A stretch of DNA of 63,897 bases, counting the filler, from Reticulomyxa filosa (lineage: Eukaryota > Protista > Foraminifera), in the NCBI GenBank assembly GCA_000512085.1. It is 18 parts of 18 records of this genome, joined end to end, with 100 filler letters (N's around TTAATTAATTAA, not from the genome) between each part and the next. Parts side by side here need not be neighbours in the genome. Positions count along the whole stretch, not along the records: positions 47,357 to 59,408 come from ASPP01009088.1; positions 59,509 to 60,734 come from ASPP01011174.1; positions 60,835 to 62,692 come from ASPP01026966.1; positions 62,793 to 63,897 come from ASPP01035494.1; 14 more parts are not named here. One strand, 5' to 3'. The translations under genes were made by a program, and so were the position numbers. Under the pieces are notes generated by a model. The model saw only the letters and a program-made list of their open reading frames with translations, was not told the DNA's origin and did not search any database. The stretch's first letter is position 1. Each line of letters starts with the position of its first letter. Positions 51,901 to 63,897 of this stretch are shown here, piece after piece.

Positions 51901-52806
51901 TTATTCCTGTTGCTTATTCATTTTCAAGTACTAATTTTGTGAATATGCTTGGCAGATATTAGTACACATATTTGTACGGCGCGAAACCAAGTATTTAAGA
52001 CTCGTTGTCCATTTATTATTTAAAAAATTAAAAATACTGGTGAAGTAAAATATACGATCCACAACAGCAACAGCCCCACTGGAATATTTTCCAAGTCATT
52101 GAGAGAAAGAAAGAAAACGCTAAAATTTTAAATTTTTTTCGAAGTTAGTTATGCTGAAATGTTTTTGTGAAGATCAACACAAGAAAAAAGGTGTTTATCT
52201 TTCGTTCATTTTTTTTTAATTATCGCTTTTGTAGACATTGCCGCACCAACTGGGAAATAATCGATATTGCACCAGAGCGTTAGCACATTTCTTTTGCAAC
52301 ATTTGTGAGCTTCTCTTGTCAACACCCAAAATCATAGCGGGTGACATGTGTCCAATAGGATTCTCAAATACAGCAACAGCCCTACTGAGATGTCTTCTAA
52401 ATTATTTAGTTCAATCCTTTTATAATCATTTTTTGCTATTAAAATTCACTATACAATAAAATATAGCAAAAGGGATTCTATCTTCTCTTTTTATTGATAC
52501 TCACAAACTATTTACTTGAACTCAGTATTACACTATGCACCGTATTGTGTCCCGACTTTCTTTTCTGTTTCATTTGAAATCTGTTCTTTTTCTTTTGTAT
52601 GTTATTTGTTTCATAATGAAAAAGAGTATGGTACTGCCAAACTTAACTTCAGGTGCTTTTATATGGTGTTTTCCTTGTAACAGCGTCGTAAGCAAAACTT
52701 TAAAAACTTAGAAAGTCACAAACAGCAAGGAACAATAATGTGGTACTTGTTTTCCTTTGAAAGGTGTCATTCAACTGTTAATATGTTAGATATTTCTAAA
52801 AAAAAC

Positions 52807-55275
52807 AACTTTTTTTTTCCTGTTTAACATGAAAAGTATTGAAAAGTTGTCTGAATCAAATATATTGATTAAAAGCAAATTATTTTGATGAAATATGTTA
52901 ATCAAAATTGCAAATTACAAATATCTGTTATATGAAAGTATGACATTGGATTAGTTGTAAAAACTCTTTTTTTTTCTTTTCTGGCGAAGTTCGGAGTTCT
53001 TTAGGATTGGCGTTGCAGATATGACCACGCTGTTTCAATGTTCGCTTCCAAATGACACTAAATCAGTCATCTCAAAATTTGTGTTGCTTTGCGAACAAAG
53101 CAGAAGTGCACTCTACTTCTGGACACATCATTCCACAAGTCAAGCACTAGGGCGATACCGGATGTATATCACCACAATACTATCCACAATCAAATTAACA
53201 ACAATTACCACACCAACAACTATTATATCAATTACTACCATGCCAACAACTATCGAACATATCGCAAATATCAATACATTCCACCAAATTCATATGAATC
53301 AAATATCATGTTTTGCAAACACAAAGAATGAAGGCATCACTAGAGATTATGTGTATGCGTATTTCAGTTATTTTCTATATACCTTTCTTTCAAATAAATA
53401 AATAAAAGTGATATGTGATAGAAGTGTAGAAAAAAACTTTGATAAGAATTATCATAATAATTTAATTCAATTTCACGTATAAAAAAAAATATGTATAATA
53501 GATAATGATATTAGTGGGGGTCTCAAACAAAGGCCGCAATGGCAACATGTCATCATGGCAATACAAATGCAAGCACAAGAGATGGAATTGTGGTCAATCA
53601 ATCCGCCTTAATTCGTCGCGCTAGCACTGTTGGAATTGTGACAATAAGCATGAATTCTTGCCAGGCGATTGAAAATTCAGGCGGAAGTATGGTGGTGAGT
53701 GTGAGAGCCCAAGATATTCGCGTATGCGAGGCGAAACGCCCATATCAATGAGTTCCACGAGCAATTGCAAATCTCAGGTCCAAATGATTCTTTTTTTTTA
53801 TTTATGTATGAATACGTCTTTTAATAGTCAGCACATATTTAACAAATATATGTACATACTTTTATATATAATTATTTTTTAAAAATAACAAAAACAATTT
53901 ATAACTAAAACGTTTACTCATATTGCATGCATTGTATGTGTTATTGAAAAAAAGTTAGGCAATTACGACAACGGACGCCGACGACAAAAAATGGAGCATG
54001 TATATTGATGTTGGTAATGTCCCAAAATGCATTGGAACAACAAAAAAATAAGTTAAAGTTTTCTAATTTATTTTTTGTCTTTTTTGATATAGAAACAATG
54101 TTTGAATGTTTTCACAACAGTGTACAAGCAATGATGAAGAAAAAATACGGGGTAGAAGCCACCACAGTCTCCGAAAGGAGCAAAAAAGGTTTGTTCTATC
54201 TTTTTTTAAATAACAATATATTAATCTATTGTATGATTTTGTACAGGAGTCCCCCGCCCTCCAAACAACGTTACATTTTTGCACCCTACCCTTCACAAAC
54301 ACAAAAAAAATATTTGGGGTCGAAGGCCACCCCGCATCCGAAAGGAGAAATAGAGGTATGTTATATTTATGTGTATATACTTTTCTTTTGTTAAAATAAA
54401 GTTATTGTGTGTATATGTTATACATAGGAATTCCCTCAAGAAAAAAAATATATATATTCTTTTTTTGTGTCCCCTCCCTATATACAAAAAAAAACAAATT
54501 GTGAGTGTTGTACCATAGGAGAAATAATTTGAAATGGATATTGAACTCCACAACATATGTGTGTATGTTTTTTGTTTATATTTAAACATTTAAAAAATAA
54601 TTTTGTTTTTGTTTATATAGCTGTACAGGATCCGTGCAGTTAAAAAAAAAGTGGAAGAAAGTATGAAAAGGGGAAAAATGGATAAAAAAAAGAAAATGGA
54701 TAAAAAAAAGAAAATGGATAAATGGGGAAAAAAAAGGATGTATAAAATAGGGGGAAAAAAATGTAAGAATAAAAAAGGGTGAAAAAAAAGAAAGAAATTT
54801 GAAAAAAAAAATAATTATTATGATTACAAAAGAAAAAAAAGTTAATTGAAAATAATAAAGAAGAAAATAAGAAATGAAAAAAAAAGAAAAAACAAAAAAG
54901 TGATTGAAAAAAAAAGAAGAAATAAATGTAAAAAGGAAAAAAAATTGAAAATTTTATTTTATTTTTTGAACTCTGGAGCTATGACTCCAAAAATTATTTT
55001 CCGGGGATCAACAATTGGCAGTTAAGTAAAATAAACAACTATATCCATTTTCATATTTGACTTGTTTAAAATAAAAAACAGGACTGGAAACCAACGGCGC
55101 AGCAAATCAAATACAAGTTCAATATACAAAAAAAGTCTTTTTAAATTCCACATTATTCTCATTTCTCATAATGTCCTTGTGTGTTTTCACATTTTTGTTT
55201 GTAACACTAAAATAAGTGTGTTTTTTTTTTATATATAGGCGGCAAGAGAAAAAAGTGTACGTGGCGCGAGTGTGT
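52807..55275 (+). repeat. Right arm of the large inverted duplication
   Basis: Colinear reverse-complement similarity to 48050-50549. It lacks ~200 bp present at ~49310-49505. Confidence 0.92.
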
Positions 55276-56720
55276 TATCAAGAAAAATGGTTTGCAATGT
55301 ACATACTAGGAGAACTTGGCCGATGTGGTACGCGTATTTGGATATCAACTCATATCAGAAGGAAAGTACGGATTTGTCGTTCAACGCCATCAAAGAATGT
55401 GTGGCAATATAACACTGGATGTGAATTGGATTTTACAAACGTAATTTGGCAATGAGGGCTCGTTCTATTTATGCACAAGTTCAATCGATTCAAATGGTCA
55501 GTCCAATGTAACGAATCCCAATGCTTACTCTTTCAACAAATTTTTTTTTGCTGATTGTGATAGACGTTGGAAAGATGATTTGTGGTGGATCTCGATATGA
55601 AGGAACCAATTATCAAAATCGACATACCAAAAGCATTGTGGATATATGATAAATCAAAGAATCGTTCCGAAATATGGATGCCTCAATAACATCGTCAAAC
55701 AAAGAAGTGTGCTTGTTCGGCTATGTGAAAGGTTCGATGTGGGGAAAACATACTGAAATTATTTGTCACGCATTCGAGAAATCTTGTGGGCCGACGTTGT
55801 AAAACACCAAAAAGATATTAAAAAGAGTTGTGGATGATCAATTTGACCTGATTTAATGGCTCGTCTTTACAAAAGAAGACATGTGGGGATTAGGTGAAAT
55901 GAAGACCAATTGCTGAGCACTACAACGGAGATCTTGATTGACTGCGCCATTCACTGTGATGCTTTTTGCCCGAAATCGTACCGTCTTCATTTGTATCATA
56001 GCATATGTGGCTATGATTAGAACTCAATTTGCAACGATGATACACACAATCTGTATTTGGAATATGCTCCAACAATTGTGTTCAAACTCGCTATCCTTTT
56101 ATCTCTTCTGCAAAACTCCCAACAATGCCCCATATTCGAAACCCGAGTTACAATCGAGCATGCCTCTTAAGCCACTATCTTACGCGACCACATACCAGAT
56201 TATGGACATATTCCACCTTCGATGCAATCTCTGTCTGATTCTCCAACCTCGAGGCATCCAACTTTTTTCCCTTGTTTACAATCATACTGTGGGATCAACT
56301 GTAATTCCGACTATCCATCGTGCTTGAGCTGATGTATCTATCCGAGTACTGATGTTGATGGAATGTACTTGCGTTGGTCTCCTACATGCCTTATCTCGTG
56401 TCTGAATTTCTGCGAAAACGCTGTGTGAAGATATATTATTTGTTATGACAGTCAATCCTGTTTCTTGCAATATCATTGTATTGTTATGCCCAATCTTATC
56501 AAAGTGATATTCAGTATATTTCACGCTGTAATAAAGCTCGCACATTGGACTGCAATAGAGCAAGAGATGTAATAATTGCTAAATCCAAACCTCTTTGCTG
56601 TCTCTCAATTATATGAACGTATACAAACGCCACAACCAATCGTATCCATCGCTAATTCCCTTCTCCGCATTTCTCGGCAAGAGTTTCAACTTTGATACCA
56701 ACACTAGATCAAACGGTACA

Positions 56721-56751
<31 letters not shown>

Positions 56752-58700
56752 GTATATATTTCCAACAATATATCCTATAATATCTCCCCACGCCTTTGTA
56801 CTACAGTTGTTATGAATCCGTCTTGTATTTTTTTGGATTGTACATGTTGGAGTAATTGCATCGACAGTGAAAAACAAGAGCGTGGTCTTACAAGTGGCTT
56901 TAAGTGCTGAACACAATGTCGCAGTGACAAAGATCCCCGTCTACAATGTAGATGACTATTAAACAGAACCAACGAGTAGCAAGATGAATTGAAGTTGGAC
57001 AGTTCATTTATATTGCACAATAATTGCGGTGTCATAGTGCATAATACGATCGATTGTGGCGTGTGTTGTTCATCGCCAATTTTTTTATCGAGTGTAGCGA
57101 AGGATGTGATTGGACAATATTGATTTATGAAAATTTGATTAGTACATCTCTCGGATGGATGGAGGATACAAATTATTTGGTTGTGGACACGAAACGACAC
57201 CAAACAGCAAAGCGAATGTTGTGTGATGAGTGGGCTTGAATATCATGGTGCTAAAGTTTTGTATTCGCTACAATTCTTTCGCGTGTCGACATCACATGAC
57301 GAACCATTATTTGTCGAAGGGCTTGACCACAACAATCTCCTGTTTCAATTTGTGGATCATGTTGTGATCCAACTTTTTGTGAAACGTGAGTAGCAATGCG
57401 ATCCAGGGGGGGGTACTGAAGATGTTTCAAATGGACTGTTGGAAAGAAGTGCACAATGCGCACCCAATCAAATCAATACACACTCGGAATCTCAATTGTC
57501 GCAGCCTCTGAATATGTTTACACATAAACGTTGCCTTCAAGATGTTGTATCGGGACAATCCCGTCATATTTGAGAGCAAATTGATTTTATTGAAACAAAT
57601 AATCCTGCGATAAATAATACAATGTCAAATTCCGCGTGTTCAAATATCGCTATCGAAAGAAAATATCCTAGCGCAATCTTTACGCCATATTGCAAATATG
57701 GCTGGCACGAAGGCAGTGATAGCACATTTGAACGACAAGACAACAATTCAAAGAATTTCGTTCAAATGGAACATTGATCGAAGTGAAAGAGTTAGAGATT
57801 AAAAACAATTTGTCCAAAGTAGCACCAGCATACAACACGTATACTATCTCTATCACAAGTGGCATCTTTGATTGTCAGCTTTTCATATCACATTGCAGAT
57901 TATGTCCTACACAGTTCATGCTGCCACAAGCAACCAATATCAACCAACCTATTACAACGCAACGATATCAACAGATTGGAAATCGTTGGATGTATGTACA
58001 TTGGATAAATGCATTGCTAGATATGGTAACGTCGACAAACAAATGAATCGGGATTAGTCTAAGCAATTTTGAAAACTTTTCAACAAATCGTCCAATTGGT
58101 ATCTCGGGAGCAAGTCACACAAGTACTTTACCTATCACGTTGTTACATATCGCAATTACATCTCAATATTGGATTGCTTCGTGATAAGTTGACACAATCA
58201 AAAGAAGCAACGAGGAAAAAAAAAGCATAGGAAAGGATAAGAAAATAAGGACAATGAATCAGAAGTGACGGATGAAGATCGGTATTGATGTATGTTGTTT
58301 GTGTCATATCTTCTATGTCTCTATCAAAACAATGTGAGCGTGGACTTTTTTTATTGTGAAGTGATTTACTTTAGGTTTGAATGGAAGAGGAGAAGAAAAA
58401 AAAGAGGAAATGAAAGAGCAGAGTCAAAAATGTAGATCAATAGTATGATATGGCAAGAGGCAATTGATCTATGAAAATGGCAACATGGATAATATCAACG
58501 GGGAGTGTTGTTGTCTACAATCACACTACTTTCAATCCCAAAATGAATTATGTGAATATCAGGATATTGGTATCGTTGCATTTTACATATATTTGCGATT
58601 ATGTTGTATGTGCCCACTCATCCTCCGATATCATACACCAGAAGTGCATAGAAACACTCCAGAGATGCAAAGTGATATGATGTATGTGTTGATTTGATGG
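55230..58700 (+). pseudogene. Extended decayed coding-like region contiguous with the right arm; identity unknown
   Basis: Coding-like base composition with many short broken ORFs. It begins at an acceptor (ATAG|GCGGCAAGAG) mirrored at ~48090 on the minus strand. Confidence 0.35.
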
Positions 58701-59508
58701 AAGATATCATACTTGTGATATATTACAGTTCGATTGGCAATTGCAAGTAACTGTTTTGTTTCTTTTTAATTTATACAAACAATTTTCTTAAAATAAATAT
58801 ATTTTTGTTTGTTTGTATGCTCTCAAAATTGAAAAAAAAAACATTTATGATTGTTGTCTTTTTTTTTTTTTTTTAAGCAAATTTAAATTAGTTTGTTTTG
58901 TTGTTTTCATTCTAGAATGCTCTAAGTCCACAAGCAGTGGAAGTGATGGAACCACAAATAAAGTATAACAAAAAATAAATACATGAACAAAAATGTCAAA
59001 TTAAATACTGTCGTCTGGTGAGCAATCCAATCCAAATAAACGTATCAGAACGAACAATAGAACTGATTTGCATCAAAGAAAATATTGATTAAGCGCAAAT
59101 CTTATAACAATTGGGTAAATATGTAACATATACATTTGGAGTTTTTTTAGATCGTATTAAAACAAAATTTGTACAACAGATACGTAAAGATTTTGGTCCA
59201 GTTTTCGTTGGAGAGCAGAACCAAGAAATGATGAATGCATCGTTGTGAAGGCAATGACATCAGTCCCTCCAACAGTTGGAATACGTAATGCAGCAAATCA
59301 CTCCCATTACGTAGCGCAGCAACAATATACAACAATTCCACTCACACAGTCAATACATGTAATGTCGAAGCTCCAGTGATCGACCGATATATAGCAATCA
59401 TTGCAAGANNNNNNNNNNNNNNNNNNNNNNNNNNNNNNNNNNNNNNNNNNNNTTAATTAATTAANNNNNNNNNNNNNNNNNNNNNNNNNNNNNNNNNNNN
59501 NNNNNNNN

Positions 59509-59545
<37 letters not shown>

Positions 59546-60734
59546 TATCATCGTCGTCATTATCATCATCATCATTATCATCGTCGTCATTATCATCATC
59601 GTCGTCGTCATCATCATCATCTGCATCACTGTGTTCTTTCTTTTGTTTCAACGCGGACAAGGGCTTTTCTCGCGAATAAGTGATGGGCGAGAGCACGGAA
59701 ACGGTCGAGCTAGGAGCGGAATAGAAATGGGAAGCTCGGCCGTCGGAGGGATCATTGCCATGCCGTGCCAATGGCAACAAGCTTGAGTTGTTTATTTTCA
59801 AATGCAATTCGGGATGCAACAACATGTTTTTCTGTACTTGCTCACTTGTCGCTGTCTTTGTATTTGTATTTGTATTTGTGTTTGTGTTTGTGTTTGTGTT
59901 TGTATTTCTATTTCTATTTCTTCTTTTTTTTGTCCTCTTTGTGGTTGCTGTTGTCGTTGTCGGTGTCATTGTCGCCGTTGTCGTGGCCCTGGTTTTCTCA
60001 TTTTTTTCTTTTCTTTGGTGTTGATGTCGATATTTTCATTGCTTGGTTTTAAAATTGTGATAAGACATTTGACGGTACGAGAGATCATTTCACCCACGCT
60101 TTGGCGAGTCGTTTCACTGCGAATTTCCATCACTGTTTGTTCCTCTTCGAAGCCAATGTTGTCACCGCTGATGCCATCTCCTAGTCTGGTGAGCACGTCT
60201 AATCGATCTAATGATGCTTTTTTCGTTTTTTTTTTTTTTTTTTTTTTTATCATTATGATCATGATCATGATGATCATTAATATTATTTTTTAAAAAAAAA
60301 AAAAACTTTTTGCAGCCTCTGCCGCTGGCACGTTGATTTGATGTATATGATGAGAGATATTTCTCCTCGGAATAAAATGCTCATCCAAATCATCGAGATA
60401 ATCCTCCGAATAATTGGGTGTGTTAACGGTGGTGATTGCCAGTTGGGTCTCTTTAGTCTCTTCCGGGACAACGGTGCAAAACTTGTTGGGCGACGCCGAC
60501 GGCAACGCATCATTGTCATTGACGTCGTGTTCATCGTGACGACCCCCAACGTGGGTCGACAAATACCCATGCTTTACTTGCTGTTGCCATTTCGTCTTGC
60601 CGCGGTGGTCATTGCCAACTACCGGAAACGGACTCGCATTTCCGCTTGCATCATTTGACTTGGTCGGACTGGAATTGCGACTATGGCTATGGCTATGGCT
60701 ATGATTATGACTATGATTATGACTATGGTTATGA
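59509..60734 (-). CDS. Low-complexity protein fragment (poly-D, NT and SH repeats), multi-exon
   Basis: ORFs 60290-60562, 59966-60277 and 59457-59969, with (TCA)n, (GTATTT/GTGTTT)n and (CTATGG/CTATGA)n microsatellites. Confidence 0.45.
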
Positions 60735-61636
60735 NNNNNNNNNNNNNNNNNNNNNNNNNNNNNNNNNNNNNNNNNNNNTTAATTAATTAANNNNNNNNNN
60801 NNNNNNNNNNNNNNNNNNNNNNNNNNNNNNNNNNAAATGATATTTAAAAACTACACGATTTGTAGATATTTTTTTTTTTAATAAAAAAAAATTTTGATTA
60901 AATGTTGTTTTTTCATAAAGAAACACAATCATCTCTATAAGATGGCATTTTAGGTGTCAGCTTTCTTTTTTATCTTACATTAATATCTTTTGGAAGGATA
61001 ATTTGTTGATCATTTGGTGAAAACGCAATATCATGTATTTAAAAGTAGAAGCAAGAATCGGTAAAAAATTGTTGTTTCTCATAACTCTTCCAACCATAGC
61101 GTTATCTTTTTTCATTTGTTCTTTTTCAGGAAATAACTATTTCATTACAATTGATTTTTTTTCTTCATTTGTATTTGAATTCAAAGTTTATCTTAAGCAT
61201 TTCTTTTTTTGTCAATGAAATCATATTTTATTAAAAAACAAATTAAAATTATAATGACTTTAAAAGAATTTTTTTTGTTGAATAACAAAATTATATGAAT
61301 GAATAATTAGACCATATTTGTGTTAATAATTTTAAATCAAGTTGTTATTTTTAAATTCTCTTTTCATAGATTTATATTAATTAATCAATTCAAGTATTAT
61401 GATAAATTAATATCATTTAGTTTATTTAATATTTAAAATCGATATTACTTTCAAAGATTATCCAAATTATTTATTCATTCAAAACAAAACATCAAATATG
61501 AATTGCAACTATTCCATTTGCATTTCAAAGTACTTCAATTTCCAATTTTAAAAATAATTTGAAACTGACAAAATAAATATCATTTGAAAACAAACAATTA
61601 TTGAAAAAATTTGGAAAATAAAGAAATTAAATCAAA

Positions 61637-62692
61637 TTATTTGTGGAGCCTATTAAATGGTTTCGGATCAATATCTAAAATATCATCTGATGATAATTCA
61701 ATACCATAAATTGCAATTCTTCCATCTCCACCATTATTTTGGCCTTTCTTTCCTCCAATACATGTGATAGTTCCAAAAGTTTGTTCCAATTTATTTAAAT
61801 GAGATTGAGATTGAGATTGAGATTGAAATTCAATTAATATTGATCCTCCACTTCCACTACCACCAGAATGATGTCCATTCCCTCCATTAGATTGAATTGA
61901 TCCATGATTAATCAATTGTTGTTCAATTATCAATTCAATTATCCCACCACCACTTCCTCCATATATATATCCACCTCCACTTCCAAAATGAATTTCTTTC
62001 AACAAAGTCTCTTCTCCATAAATTTTTCCACCTTGTCTACGATATCCTCCATTTGTTCCATATCCACCACCATCACCACTATCTTCCCGACGTCTGTACA
62101 TACCCCTTCCAGGACCTTGATTCCTTGGATATCCCAATTGTGAGCAATCGATTTTGGATGAAGGATGTTTAATCCACAAATGACTTGTTTTTATTTTTAG
62201 ATATCCAAGTTCTTTACAATTAGGAGTTAAGGTGATATCTTCTCCAAGTAAAAATATTCCAAAATTATAATTATTCCATTCATTGTTTTTTAATTTTATT
62301 ATTTCTTTATTTTCATTGATCAATAAAAAATCAATTCCATTTTTTAAATTCGAAATTTGAATGAATGATAACATATTGTTACAGCTTTGGTATTGTTTCT
62401 TTTCTTTTTGTTCATTCTTTTGTTCTTCTTCAAATTGCGTTTTAATTTGAAGTTGATGTTGTTGAATATTTGTATCTTTATTTTCTACTTTGGTTTCGAT
62501 ATTTTGTTTGTATTCATTAAATTGAATTTGATATTGTTCGAATTGTTTTTTGAATTCAATATTATTTATTTTTAATGCATTTATTTTTTCTTGTAATTCA
62601 TGTTTTAAATTGTCAATTTGTTTTTTTAAATCAATAATAGTTTGACTTATTTCCATTTTGAATTGTTGGATATCTTTTGTTAGTTCAAATAT
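61637..62692 (-). CDS. Coiled-coil plus glycine-rich domain protein, 5' truncated
   Basis: A coiled coil is followed by IDCSQLGYP...GPG.G, GGGYGT.GG, LLKEIHFGSGGG, GGGIIEL, GSGSGGSILI and GGDGRIAIYG. The ORF is intronless and very AT-rich. Confidence 0.75.
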   Translation of the reverse strand: MFELTKDIQQFKMEISQTIIDLKKQIDNLKHELQEKINALKINNIEFKKQFEQYQIQFNEYKQNIETKVENKDTNIQQHQLQIKTQFEEEQKNEQKEKKQYQSCNNMLSFIQISNLKNGIDFLLINENKEIIKLKNNEWNNYNFGIFLLGEDITLTPNCKELGYLKIKTSHLWIKHPSSKIDCSQLGYPRNQGPGRGMYRRREDSGDGGGYGTNGGYRRQGGKIYGEETLLKEIHFGSGGGYIYGGSGGGIIELIIEQQLINHGSIQSNGGNGHHSGGSGSGGSILIEFQSQSQSQSHLNKLEQTFGTITCIGGKKGQNNGGDGRIAIYGIELSSDDILDIDPKPFNRLHK

Positions 62693-62904
62693 NNNNNNNN
62701 NNNNNNNNNNNNNNNNNNNNNNNNNNNNNNNNNNNNTTAATTAATTAANNNNNNNNNNNNNNNNNNNNNNNNNNNNNNNNNNNNNNNNNNNNTTTGTGAA
62801 TTGAGATGAAAAACTACAAAATATTTTTGGGAATTTGTCCCATGGGAATAACAACAGAATTTAATTTTTTTTTAAAAAAAAAAAAAAAAACAACAAAAAA
62901 TTAA

Positions 62905-63615
62905 TTAATCAGGAACTTGAGTGGATTTCGGCTTGGATTGCTTGAGTTGAATAATTTCGGTATCTTTCTGTTGTATTGTGGTACTCAATGACTGTACCAA
63001 ATTAGTAATCAAATTCAAATGCAATTCGAATTGCAATGTGCAATGTTGTTGTATATCTTGTTCAAATAATGTGATATTACATCCAAATGGCTTGAATGGA
63101 CAATCCAATAATTTCAAATGACAATGATTGTCGAGATGATCCTGCATCTGTCTTAATTCTCCTTTGAATGCACATTTCGTTACTTTTTTATCACCATTTG
63201 TCGATGTTGTTTCTCCCTCTTCTTCTCCTTCTACTGGATACTGGCATCCATTGTTTTGGTACTGTCGTGGACAAATAACCTTCAAATCATTAATTTGGTT
63301 TCGAAGGATGGCCACATTAACATAGGTGCAATTGTCATGCTGGCCAACTGGACACCGATTGGTATTTTTTTTAAGATATTGCTTGAGGCAATATTCTCCA
63401 ACCACAACAGCATCGCTGAGATTCTCATGCTCTTTGCAAGTCAATTGTGTTGGTGGATATGCTATTTGTTGGCAAACTGCACAAACAAAGTGCTTGAGTT
63501 TGCTCGCTTTGTTCGTTGCTTGTATCCATTGCTTATCCAAGCAAGTTTCAACCGAAAAAAGCTGAGTCATCACCGGTTGTTTGTGTTTCTCTTCTATAGT
63601 ATTTAAAAGCAGCAT
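62905..63615 (-). CDS. Degenerate RING plus TRAF-type zinc finger protein
   Basis: CAVCQQ..CKEH..GEYCL..CPVGQH (RING-like), INDLKVICP, CAFKGEL..MQDHLDNHC and CPFKPFGC..H (TRAF zinc fingers), then the start of a coiled coil. Confidence 0.85.
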   Translation of the reverse strand: MLLLNTIEEKHKQPVMTQLFSVETCLDKQWIQATNKASKLKHFVCAVCQQIAYPPTQLTCKEHENLSDAVVVGEYCLKQYLKKNTNRCPVGQHDNCTYVNVAILRNQINDLKVICPRQYQNNGCQYPVEGEEEGETTSTNGDKKVTKCAFKGELRQMQDHLDNHCHLKLLDCPFKPFGCNITLFEQDIQQHCTLQFELHLNLITNLVQSLSTTIQQKDTEIIQLKQSKPKSTQVPD

Positions 63616-63897
63616 TTTTCTTCAGATTTTACACAAGAAATAATTTATTCTGGAGAAGGGGAAAAAATGTGGAGGTTTAGACTTTGTTTTCCAAAATTTT
63701 TACTGAAGAGCAAACAGTACTAAAGACATTGTCAATCACATCGAATTTAAACAAAAAGAGAAAGTCATAGGTCAAACTGACTGAATTGGATGAACATACC
63801 TTATTTAAAACACTTCTGAATATTGAAGTTTTACACTTATATTCAACTGAAAATCGCCATAAAAAGCAAAGAGTTGTTTTCAATGAGTTAGTCGTCA

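Noticed and set aside
54165-54183. CAGTCTCCGAAAGGAGCAA resembles SRP RNA helix 8
   Set aside because: The CAGG half of the conserved internal loop and the long SRP helices are absent. It is kept only as part of the unnamed hairpin motif.
6876-62792. Regularly recurring palindrome TTAATTAATTAA inside N runs (superficially CRISPR-like or a recombination site)
   Set aside because: Identical 44N-12mer-44N spacer with stops in six frames. It is an artificial contig joiner, so adjacency across it has no biological meaning.

Overview
This window is not one locus. It is 18 short draft-assembly contigs joined by an artificial 100-bp linker (44 N + TTAATTAATTAA + 44 N), so gene neighbourhoods only mean something within a contig. 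Seventeen contigs come from an AT-rich, intron-rich eukaryote using the standard code. The gene families (divergent alpha-tubulin, RING/TRAF-zinc-finger proteins, coiled-coil/Gly-rich proteins, NACHT-WD40) suggest a foraminiferan such as Reticulomyxa; this is an inference. One contig (28019-29344) is a GC-rich bacterial GGDEF-EAL fragment. Recognisable genes are a 7TM-RGS protein, PEX5, RPL22, a PDI, a tetraspanin, CHMP5/VPS60, a membrane-anchored ferritin-like di-iron protein, a UBR-type E3, an ABCA N-terminus, ATAD5/ELG1, a DH-domain protein, a GT61 glycosyltransferase and a TRAF-like protein. Decayed alpha-tubulin, copine and GH29 fucosidase copies are also present. The most interesting feature is an NLR-like receptor (36869-42488) with the architecture Cys/Zn module - RelA/SpoT-type nucleotidyltransferase - NACHT - pentapeptide repeats - 16 WD40 repeats. 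It is a candidate eukaryotic immune receptor with a built-in alarmone-synthetase-like effector. Also notable are a ~7-kb inverted duplication of an unknown repeat family enclosing a fucosidase pseudogene, a recurrent GC-rich hairpin motif in that family, and introns with U-rich 5' and A-rich 3' halves. Exon boundaries were read by eye and no database searches were run.
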